Part shown: positions 7,212 to 14,145 of the stretch, piece after piece | Layout: each line of letters starts with the position of its first letter | Numbering within the stretch: the first letter of the stretch is position 1 | IMG/VR virus record: IMGVR_UViG_2548876955_000010 | Source of the DNA: a virus | Lineage: Duplodnaviria; Heunggongvirae; Uroviricota; Caudoviricetes | Direction: 5' to 3' (one strand) | Length of the DNA stretch: 16,048 bases | Notes under the pieces: generated by a model | Seen by the model: only the letters and a program-made list of their open reading frames with translations | Database searches by the model: none | What the model was told of the DNA's origin: nothing | Position numbers and translations under genes: made by a program

Positions 7212-8157
7212 ACGCCCACTGGTTATAAACACGCAGCTGGCAATGAAAATCGGCTTAAACGAAGCCATTGTTTTGCAACAACTGCACTACTGGTTGAGAG
7301 ATACCAACTCCGGTATGGAATGTGATGGTGTTCGCTGGATTTATAACACAACGGAACAATGGCTGGAACAGTTCCCATTCTGGTCAGAGTCAACGTTAAA
7401 GCGCGCGTTTGCAAGTCTGAAAACGCTGGGGCTTTTGCGTTGTGAAAAGCTCAATAAATCAAAGCGCGATATGACCAATTTCTACACGATCAACTATGGG
7501 AGCGAGCTTTTAGATGGTGGCAAATTGAACGAATCCATCGGTTCAAAATGCGCCGCTCCATCAGGTCAAAATGACACGATGGAAGAGGTCAAAATGAAAC
7601 GCTCCATTGGTTCAAAACGACCCAATGTCATCGGGTCAAAATGGCCTGATGATCTTACAGAGAATACAACAGAGATTACTACAGAGAATAAAAACACTTT
7701 TCGTCCGGAAGCTTCGCAACCGGACCCGCAGACGACTGAACAGGATTTTTTAACCCGGAACCCCGACGCGGTTGTGTTTAGTGTGAAAAAACGCCAGTGG
7801 GGTAGCAGGGAGGATTTGGCGTGTGCGCAGTGGATTTGGGGGCGGATCGTGAACCTTTACGAACAGGCTGCCAGCGACGATGGAGAGATCATGCGACCAA
7901 AAGAGCCTAACTGGACAGCCTGGGCCAATGACGTGCGCACAATGCGGATGCTGGATGGCAGAAGCCACAGACAAATTTGCGAAATGTTTGGTCGGGTACA
8001 GCGGGATCCATTCTGGGTAAAAAACATCATGAGCCCGTCAAAACTCCGCGAAAAATGGGACGAACTGGTCATCCGCCTGGGACGTTCACCTGTACAGCGT
8101 TGTGTGAATCATATTTCTGAACCGGATACAGAAATTCCGCCTGGTTTCAGGGGATAA
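7192..8157 (+). CDS. Phage replication initiation protein (replisome organizer) with DnaT-like C-terminal domain
   Basis: ATG 7192 (MSLLFAERPLVINTQLAMKIGLNEAIVLQQLHYWL…). C-terminus …VNHISEPDTEIPPGFRG closely resembles the C-terminal end of primosomal protein DnaT (…SEPDSQIPPGFRG, from memory). Contains an internal iteron array (see repeat feature). Confidence 0.85.
   Translation: MSLLFAERPLVINTQLAMKIGLNEAIVLQQLHYWLRDTNSGMECDGVRWIYNTTEQWLEQFPFWSESTLKRAFASLKTLGLLRCEKLNKSKRDMTNFYTINYGSELLDGGKLNESIGSKCAAPSGQNDTMEEVKMKRSIGSKRPNVIGSKWPDDLTENTTEITTENKNTFRPEASQPDPQTTEQDFLTRNPDAVVFSVKKRQWGSREDLACAQWIWGRIVNLYEQAASDDGEIMRPKEPNWTAWANDVRTMRMLDGRSHRQICEMFGRVQRDPFWVKNIMSPSKLREKWDELVIRLGRSPVQRCVNHISEPDTEIPPGFRG
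7539..7643. repeat. Iteron-like direct repeats (5 copies of GG(T)TCAAAA(T/C)G, about 23-24 bp spacing) inside the replication gene; candidate phage origin
   Basis: Copies start at about 7540, 7564, 7587, 7609 and 7634, encoding the repeated IGSK/GQN peptide motif. Followed by an A-rich stretch with repeated ACAGAGAATA (about 7660..7700). Analogous to ori-lambda iterons inside the O gene. Confidence 0.6.
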
Positions 8158-8197
8158 GTGTTGATTTCAGGTCATGAGGTAATTTTAAGGGGGACTT

Positions 8198-8620
8198 GTG
8201 GCAAAAGTTTTTACACAAGAAGAGCGGGAAAAAATTAAAGGGCAGGTTGTTGAACTCGTGCGCCGGAGTGGGCGTGAGACGTTACGGCAACTGGAAGTCA
8301 AGACAGGTGCGACAAGATATCTGATGAGCGTTCTCGCAAGAGAGCTGGTTGCCAGCGGCGATGTATACAACTCCGGCTACGGGTTATTCCCCTCTGAACA
8401 GGCGCGTAAGGACTGGCAAAACGCCCGCAAAAAACTCTCGAGGGCAAAGGTGAAGAAACCTGCTGTGGTTGATCCGGACCTTATCTGGTCATTACCTGAC
8501 GGAGAAATACGTCGCTACGACAGGCGTCATAATTTAATTTGTAGTGAGTGCCGTAAGAGCGAAGTTATGCAGCGCATATTATCGTTTTATCAGGGAAATG
8601 TTCGGTATTTATTTAAGTGA
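8198..8620 (+). CDS. Hypothetical protein (140 aa), last gene of the replication-module operon
   Basis: GTG start at 8198 preceded by AAGGGGGA RBS. Basic protein with no motif I can assign. Confidence 0.65.
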   Translation: MAKVFTQEEREKIKGQVVELVRRSGRETLRQLEVKTGATRYLMSVLARELVASGDVYNSGYGLFPSEQARKDWQNARKKLSRAKVKKPAVVDPDLIWSLPDGEIRRYDRRHNLICSECRKSEVMQRILSFYQGNVRYLFK

Positions 8621-8686
8621 CGAGATTAAAGTGCATTAGTTCAGATATAATTTGACATTTTCATGGCACAGTGTAGAGCTGGCGTG

Positions 8687-8716
8687 GTTGTCTGCTTTGT
8701 GGCAAAAGCAGACAAC
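8687..8716. repeat. Perfect 12-bp inverted repeat (GTTGTCTGCTTT / AAAGCAGACAAC) with 6-nt spacer; hairpin or protein-binding site
   Basis: Seen directly in sequence at 8687..8698 and 8705..8716. No flanking T-tract, so not a canonical intrinsic terminator. Sits between the replication module and the AT-rich cargo gene. Confidence 0.4.
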
Positions 8717-8898
8717 TCTAACGTAACGAGCGGGCGTCAGATATCTAAAAACTCATGGTGTGACTGTATGGGGGGTTAGAGTGGTGTCAGTCCAAATATT
8801 TCAAGAGTGAATGAAGTCATTATATAACAATGTTTTTTATTGCTATAGTCTCTGTTCAATGTCATTTTTTTGGTAAAAAGGATTGCTAAGGAATTTGT

Positions 8899-11496
8899 AT
8901 GACACCTATAGAAAAAATCGCAAATTGGTCTAAAAATAAACCTGTCTGGTGGCGGCACTCGCTACGTCTTGCATTAAATAATGGAACATTGGAGCAAGAC
9001 GATTTCAATGAAATATTTAAGTTAGCTTGCATGGAGCATGGTTTGTTGGAGAAAAACGCACATTTTTCTGAATGTGAAAAACCGATAGATTTTACTGGCT
9101 ATGCTGCTGAACTACATGAGGTATCATTAAAATCAATTTATGACGTAAAAGGCGTTGGGATACTGGCAGAAAACCAAAAGCTCAATTTTTCTAACAATGG
9201 CCTGTTTATCGTTTATGGTGATAATGGCGCCGGAAAATCAAGCTATGCAAGCATTTTAAAAAATGCATGCTTAACCCGAGGGGATAGCCCTGCAATTATT
9301 GGGAATGTCTTTTCCAAACTGAACTTACCTCCTCAAGCAAAACTCGCTGTTTCATGTAATGGTGTGGATGAAATTCATTCATGGAATCAACAAGTATCAA
9401 GCATTGAATCATTAAAGTCTATTCGTATATTTGACAGTTCATCTGCAAGCCATTACGTAAACAAAGAAGATGCTCTGGGTTTTAAACCTGTTGGACTAAA
9501 TTTACTTACTGAGTTGGTTCGTGCCATCGGAAGTGTTAATGCTTTTATTAATGAAGATACTATGCCCGGAAATGGTCTTACTACATTGATGAAGCTACAG
9601 TCAGGCAGCGTTACCGCTAGCTTTGCCAACAATCTTTCGGCAAATACTTTTGAAGGAGACGTCGATAATCATATTGCTACTGAAGCTGACTTACAACGAA
9701 TAGAAAGTTTGAGAAGAGAAATAAATCAATACAAGTCCCAGACGGCTGAAACGATAAAAAGTGCGTTGGAACAGAATAAGAGAACCCTTTCTCCACTTAA
9801 AAGTTTTTGTGATAGTTCAATTAAATTATTAGGTAATAATGCTGTTTTAGAACTAACAAAGCTACAGGCCGAACAAGAACGAACACAACATGTTTCTGAA
9901 GAACTACGTAAAGCTACATTACAAAATCTACCTTTAGATACAGTTGCAGGTCTTAGCTGGCAGAATTTATGGAAAGCAGCTAAAAACTTTATTGAACAGG
10001 AAACACGAAAGCAAAATTTCCCGATGCAAAAAGGAGAGCCTTGCCCGCTTTGTTTGCAAGAGATTGGCTTGGAAAGTGAAAGCAGATTGGCTGCATTAGC
10101 ACAGTATTTAAGTGACGAAACGGCGCAGTCAGCAAAAATCGCAAAGTACAATGTTGATAATGCATTAAAATTATTGTCCTCACATTCTCTCGAGCTAACC
10201 CCTTACATTGCAGCTATTGAATTTCTTAATGATAAGCACCCACCTCTGGGTGATGACGTCAAAATGATGTTTGCGCTCCTAGCGGAAAGAAAGGGAAATA
10301 TGTTATTAGGTAATGTTGAAGATACACATGCTGCATTGAATACTGAATGTGTAAATCAGTTTAATAAAATCATTGAGGGTCTCGATCAAAGTATACTCAG
10401 TGTTAATTCGGATGCGGATTTTTTGCTGTTAATAAAAAGGGAAGAGATGGAGTTAGCACGACTGGAAGATATGAAATATGTGTTGGATAATAAATCCAAT
10501 ATTATTTCTAACATCAGGCGTCTCAAAATTATTAAAAAATTTGAAAATTTGCAGTCACAATGCGGAACAACATCAATTTCAACTTTGTCTTCTCAGATAA
10601 GTCGTTCTGGTGTTGTTGAGCCGTTGATTTCAGCATTTAGCGAGGAACTGCGTAATTTTGGTTTTGAACGCTTCAAAGTGAAAGTTGATACCCGAAATCG
10701 TTCTGGTGAGCAGCAGTTTAAATTATCATTGGCTGATGAAGATGATGTGACTATTGCTACACTCGGAGTTGCAAGTGAGGGGGAACAACGATGTATTGCT
10801 ATTGCCAGTTTCCTTGCCGAAATGAAGGCTGATGCAAGAAAGTCGGCCGTTATATTTGATGATCCAGTTAACTCATTAAGTCATGAGTGGAGCAGCCGGG
10901 TTGCAAGACGCCTAGCCTTAGAATCGAAAAATAGACAGGTTATTGTCTTAACTCATAATATAGTTTTTTACAAACTACTGCTGGAAGTCGCTGAAGAGAT
11001 AAATGCAGAATGCTCCTGTATTGCTCTTGAACGCTCCCGTAAACTTGCAGGCTTAGTCAGGGAGTCAGCCCCTTGGGAAGCAATGACTACGCGAAGCAGA
11101 TACAAAGAACTTAAAGTTAAACTACAAGAGCTTAAACGATTAGATAAAAGGGATGAGACAACAGTTGCTGAGTTTCGTTTGGCATCTTGTCAGTTTTACG
11201 GATTTCTACGCGAGGCTTGGGAAAGGCTTGTTGAAGAGAAGCTTCTTAATAAAGTAGTGACTCGTTTTGAAAGAGGCATCTCTACTCAGCGATTAGCTCG
11301 ATTAAAAGATATCAATCAGGATGATCTTGATAAGATTGATCGTGGAATGTCTAAATGTAGCACTTATTTTAGAGGGCATGATAGCGCGCCTGCTGTCGGT
11401 GATCCTTATCCAATGATTGCTGAAATAGAGCAGGATTTAGATGCGATTAACATATTCTTAACCGAGCTTGAGAGCCCTTCCAGAAAAAGAAATTAA
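8899..11496 (+). CDS. Large P-loop ATPase (ABC/AAA_13-like) with coiled-coil CxxC insertion and distinct C-terminal domain; candidate RloC/PrrC-like abortive-infection / anticodon-nuclease protein
   Basis: 865-aa ORF with AAGGA RBS 6 nt before ATG 8899. Walker A GDNGAGKS (nt 9217..9240). Walker B-like AVIFDDP (nt 10846..10866) followed by VLTHN. More than 500 aa between the two motifs, K/E/Q-rich with CPLC (nt 10042..10053). C-terminal about 170 aa contain LREAWE and YFRGHDS. Gene and flanks are visibly AT-rich relative to neighbouring prophage genes. Function is inference. Confidence 0.85.
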   Translation: MTPIEKIANWSKNKPVWWRHSLRLALNNGTLEQDDFNEIFKLACMEHGLLEKNAHFSECEKPIDFTGYAAELHEVSLKSIYDVKGVGILAENQKLNFSNNGLFIVYGDNGAGKSSYASILKNACLTRGDSPAIIGNVFSKLNLPPQAKLAVSCNGVDEIHSWNQQVSSIESLKSIRIFDSSSASHYVNKEDALGFKPVGLNLLTELVRAIGSVNAFINEDTMPGNGLTTLMKLQSGSVTASFANNLSANTFEGDVDNHIATEADLQRIESLRREINQYKSQTAETIKSALEQNKRTLSPLKSFCDSSIKLLGNNAVLELTKLQAEQERTQHVSEELRKATLQNLPLDTVAGLSWQNLWKAAKNFIEQETRKQNFPMQKGEPCPLCLQEIGLESESRLAALAQYLSDETAQSAKIAKYNVDNALKLLSSHSLELTPYIAAIEFLNDKHPPLGDDVKMMFALLAERKGNMLLGNVEDTHAALNTECVNQFNKIIEGLDQSILSVNSDADFLLLIKREEMELARLEDMKYVLDNKSNIISNIRRLKIIKKFENLQSQCGTTSISTLSSQISRSGVVEPLISAFSEELRNFGFERFKVKVDTRNRSGEQQFKLSLADEDDVTIATLGVASEGEQRCIAIASFLAEMKADARKSAVIFDDPVNSLSHEWSSRVARRLALESKNRQVIVLTHNIVFYKLLLEVAEEINAECSCIALERSRKLAGLVRESAPWEAMTTRSRYKELKVKLQELKRLDKRDETTVAEFRLASCQFYGFLREAWERLVEEKLLNKVVTRFERGISTQRLARLKDINQDDLDKIDRGMSKCSTYFRGHDSAPAVGDPYPMIAEIEQDLDAINIFLTELESPSRKRN

Positions 11497-11512
11497 TCAT
11501 TAACTTCATAAT

Positions 11513-11540
11513 CAAACCCTGTGTTTGATGCGGGGTTTTG
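11513..11540 (+). terminator. Weak candidate intrinsic terminator downstream of the ATPase gene
   Basis: AAACCC…GGGGTTTT imperfect hairpin with a 12-nt loop and short T-run. Marginal stability. Confidence 0.3.
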
Positions 11541-11811
11541 ACTTTATGTAAGTATTCTAGGAAATCGCTCCATTACCTTTTGAAGTCCCTTGCAACCTAG
11601 CTAACACAACTTCCGCTCCTCGCTCAAAGCGGACTGGAAGGTTAGCTTGCGTCGGACTTTGCGTATTAAAAGAAGTGCTGGTGGTGACTGGTGGTTGAGC
11701 CCCATTTCCACAGAAAAATCAGAGAAACCATACCCAATAGTTGTATTGAATCACGGACGAGACAGCCTCATATTTATCAGGGCTGGTGTACGTCCAATAC
11801 AGGAGGTTGTG

Positions 11812-11901
11812 GTGCTGGTTCTCAAATGTGCGCTGGCTATTACGGCTGTAATGGCGATTTATTGTCTTGCTATTGTTCTTATGGATCGCCTTTCTGACTG
11901 A
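11812..11901 (+). CDS. Candidate 29-aa hydrophobic small peptide (type I toxin-like or leader peptide)
   Basis: Consensus SD AGGAGG (11801..11806) 5 nt before GTG 11812. Translation (M)LVLKCALAITAVMAIYCLAIVLMDRLSD is a single TM-like helix. Lies about 210 nt upstream of mok/hok. Not matched to a known family from memory. Confidence 0.35.
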   Translation: MLVLKCALAITAVMAIYCLAIVLMDRLSD

Positions 11902-12055
11902 TTTCATATTGGCGAGGTAAAGGTAGTTAAGTAGAATGGCTGCGGGTGCTTGAGGCTATCTGCCTCGGGCATGAACACCAAAGGCAGATAGAGAAAAGCC
12001 CCAGTTAACATTACGCGTCCTGCAAGACGCTTAATATTAATCTGAGGCCAATTTC

Positions 12056-12268
12056 ATGCTAGACACATGTAGGTTAGCCTCTTACGTGCCGGAAGGCAAG
12101 GAGAAGCAGGCTATGAAGCAGCAAAAGGCGATGTTAATCGCCCTGATCGTCATCTGTTTAACCGTCATAGTGACGGCACTGGTAACGAGGAAAGACCTCT
12201 GCGAGGTACGAATCCGAACCGGCCAGACGGAGGTCGCTGTCTTCACAGCTTACGAACCTGAGGAGTAA
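12056..12268 (+). CDS. Mok-like overlapping frame (N-terminally extended Hok, MokC-type)
   Basis: In-frame upstream ATG at 12056 gives MLDTCRLASYVPEGKEKQA + Hok; this resembles the MokC/HokC arrangement. Confidence 0.45.
   Translation: MLDTCRLASYVPEGKEKQAMKQQKAMLIALIVICLTVIVTALVTRKDLCEVRIRTGQTEVAVFTAYEPEE
12113..12268 (+). CDS. hok: Hok/Gef-family type I toxin (51 aa membrane peptide)
   Basis: MKQQKAMLIALIVICLTVIVTALVTRKDLCEVRIRTGQTEVAVFTAYEPEE carries the Hok/Gef signature (LIVIC…LVTRKDLCEV…GQTEVA…AYE). Which hok paralogue it is cannot be resolved. Confidence 0.88.
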   Translation: MKQQKAMLIALIVICLTVIVTALVTRKDLCEVRIRTGQTEVAVFTAYEPEE

Positions 12269-12336
12269 GAGACCCGGCGAGGGAGAAATCCCTCGCCACC
12301 TCTGATGTGGCAGGCATCCTCAACGCACCCGCACTT

Positions 12337-12358
12337 AACCCGCTTCGGCGGGTTTTTG
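12337..12358 (+). terminator. Rho-independent terminator at the 3' end of the hok mRNA
   Basis: AACCCGC-TTCG-GCGGGTT hairpin followed by TTTTTGTTTTT. Confidence 0.7.
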
Positions 12359-12484
12359 TTTTTATTTTCAACGCGTTTGAAGTTCTGGACGGTGCCGGAA
12401 TAGAATCAAAAATACTTAAGTAGCGCGCAGGGATAAGAGGGATGGTCCCTTAAAGGGGAGAGCTAATTATCCGGAAGGATTCTG

Positions 12485-12736
12485 ATGATGAACATCGAAG
12501 AACTGCGTAAAATTTTTTGTGAAGATGGCCTCTATGCTGTGTGCGTTGAAAATGGAAATCTTGTTAGTCATTACCGCATTATGTGTTTGCGAAAGAATGG
12601 GGCTGCGTTAATTAATTTTGTGGATGGTCGAGTGACAGACGGATTTATCTTGCGCGAAGGTGAGTTTGTCACTTCATTACAGGCACTGAAAGAGATCGGA
12701 ATAAAAGCAGGCTTTTCAGCTTTTGCAGAAGAATAA
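12485..12736 (+). CDS. rem: Rem-like hypothetical protein (83 aa)
   Basis: 83-aa ORF with AAGGA RBS. Position between hok and ydfU-like and length match Qin rem; the sequence itself is not independently recognised. Confidence 0.65.
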   Translation: MMNIEELRKIFCEDGLYAVCVENGNLVSHYRIMCLRKNGAALINFVDGRVTDGFILREGEFVTSLQALKEIGIKAGFSAFAEE

Positions 12737-12802
12737 ACTCATCTACAATCTTGCGCGGGGCTGAACTCCCGCTGAGTAACACCGTGCCACCGGAGAAAAC
12801 CG

Positions 12803-13081
12803 ATGGCACGCAACGTAAAATATTACAATTCTGATAATTCGCCCGTTCTTGCCTGCACGCACGGGCGGTATTCTCACGCATTCAAGTCTGAATGGTTCCA
12901 GCACCCTCCATGCACTGCAGAACAGGCCGAATGGCTGATTCATTCTTACCGCAGGCGCGGGTTCGAGGTTAAGAAAGCTCTCAGTCTCGACTATCGGCAC
13001 TGGATAATCTCTGTCAGGCTGCCTTATTCCGAACGCCCACCACGTGCGTCCCGCACTTTCCAGCAACGGATCTGGAGGTAA
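12803..13081 (+). CDS. Hypothetical protein (92 aa)
   Basis: GGAG about 9 nt upstream of ATG 12803. Stop TAA is 1 nt before the GTG start of the next gene (coupled). Confidence 0.6.
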   Translation: MARNVKYYNSDNSPVLACTHGRYSHAFKSEWFQHPPCTAEQAEWLIHSYRRRGFEVKKALSLDYRHWIISVRLPYSERPPRASRTFQQRIWR

Positions 13082-13082
13082 C

Positions 13083-14132
13083 GTGCGGGTATTACTTAGA
13101 CCTGTTCTGGTGCCTGAGCTTGGGCTGGTGGTCCTTAAGCCGGGCCGTGAATCCATACAGATATTTCATAATCCTCGAGTGCTGGTGGAACCGGAACCAA
13201 AAAGCATGCGTAATCTGCCATCCGGAGTCGTTCCTGCCGTTCGCCAGCCGCTGGCGGAAGACAAAACATTGCTACCGTTTTTTAGTAACGAACGGGTGAT
13301 TCGTGCTGCTGGCGGCGTTGGCGCATTGTCTGACTGGCTATTACGTCATGTTACATCCTGCCAGTGGCCTAATGGCGATTACCATCACACTGAAACAGTC
13401 ATTCACCGTTATGGTACCGGCGCAATGGTGTTGTGCTGGCACTGCGACAACCAACTGCGTGACCAGACATCGGAATCACTGGAGCTGCTTGCTCAACAAA
13501 ATCTGACAGCATGGGTGATTGACGTCATCCGTCACGCAATAAGCGGTACGCAGGAGCGGGAATTATCTTTGGCTGAATTATCCTGGTGGGCGGTCTGCAA
13601 TCAGGTGGTGGATGCACTACCTGAGGCTGTATCGCGTCGTTCGCTGGGATTACCAGCGGAAAAAATCTGCTCGGTGTACCGCGAAAGCGACATCGTACCG
13701 GGAGAGCAGACCGCCACCAGCATATTGAAACAACGCACAAAAAATCTTGCACCGTTGCCTTACGCCCACCAGCAACAAAACCCATCACAGGAAAAGACGG
13801 TGGTAAGCATCAACGTTGATCCAGAGTCTCCGGAATCTTTCATGAAGCTGCCTAAACGTCGCCGCTGGGTTAAGGAGAAATACACTCGTTGGGTTAAGAC
13901 ACAGCCGTGTGCTTGCTGCGGTATGCCAGCCGACGATCCGCATCATCTGATTGGTCACGGGCAGGGCGGAATGGGAACAAAAGCACATGATCTCTTTGTG
14001 TTGCCTTTGTGCAGAAAGCATCACAACGAGCTGCATACGGATACAGTGGCATTTGAAGAGAAGTATGGCTCCCAACTGGAGCTGATATTTCGTTTTATCG
14101 ATCGCGCGCTGGCAATTGGCGTACTGGCGTAA
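13083..14132 (+). CDS. ydfU: YdfU-like protein (DUF968-type), 349 aa, with C-terminal Cys/His cluster
   Basis: GTG start at 13083 preceded by GGAGG (13074..13078); the track ORF extends upstream to 13044 without an RBS. C-terminal CACCGMP…HHLIGHGQGG…CRKHHNELH motif. Length equals Qin YdfU (349 aa). Confidence 0.8.
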   Translation: MRVLLRPVLVPELGLVVLKPGRESIQIFHNPRVLVEPEPKSMRNLPSGVVPAVRQPLAEDKTLLPFFSNERVIRAAGGVGALSDWLLRHVTSCQWPNGDYHHTETVIHRYGTGAMVLCWHCDNQLRDQTSESLELLAQQNLTAWVIDVIRHAISGTQERELSLAELSWWAVCNQVVDALPEAVSRRSLGLPAEKICSVYRESDIVPGEQTATSILKQRTKNLAPLPYAHQQQNPSQEKTVVSINVDPESPESFMKLPKRRRWVKEKYTRWVKTQPCACCGMPADDPHHLIGHGQGGMGTKAHDLFVLPLCRKHHNELHTDTVAFEEKYGSQLELIFRFIDRALAIGVLA

Positions 14133-14145
14133 GTGGAGAACGAGC

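Noticed and set aside
6602-8370. Minus-strand ORFs 6602..6817, 6857..7147, 7041..7268, 7223..7414, 7750..7974, 7857..8072, 8185..8370
   Set aside because: Antisense to the rightward dicC / CII-like / replication operon; none has a convincing RBS or recognisable product.
8645-8650. TATAAT hexamer at 8645..8650 and TTGACA at 8652..8657 as possible promoters for the ATPase gene
   Set aside because: Neither hexamer has a properly spaced partner element; AT-rich sequence produces such matches by chance. The promoter of the cargo gene is left unassigned.
8776-8958. Minus-strand 60-aa ORF overlapping the ATPase start and upstream AT-rich spacer
   Set aside because: AT-rich spacer generates spurious ORFs; overlaps the ATPase RBS and start; no SD.
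9726-10183. Minus-strand ORFs 9726..10151 and 9989..10183 inside the ATPase gene
   Set aside because: Antisense shadows in an AT-rich gene (translations Phe/Cys/Ser-rich).
11647-11907. Full-length 84-aa ORF 11647..11901, overlapping 68-aa ORF 11691..11897 and minus 62-aa ORF 11719..11907
   Set aside because: No RBS at the 84-aa or 68-aa starts; only the distal 29 codons of the first frame have a consensus SD, so only that mini-ORF is reported as a low-confidence candidate.
12669-13156. Minus-strand ORFs 12669..12881 and 12743..13156
   Set aside because: Antisense to rem-like, the 92-aa gene and the ydfU-like start; Arg/Pro-rich shadow translations.
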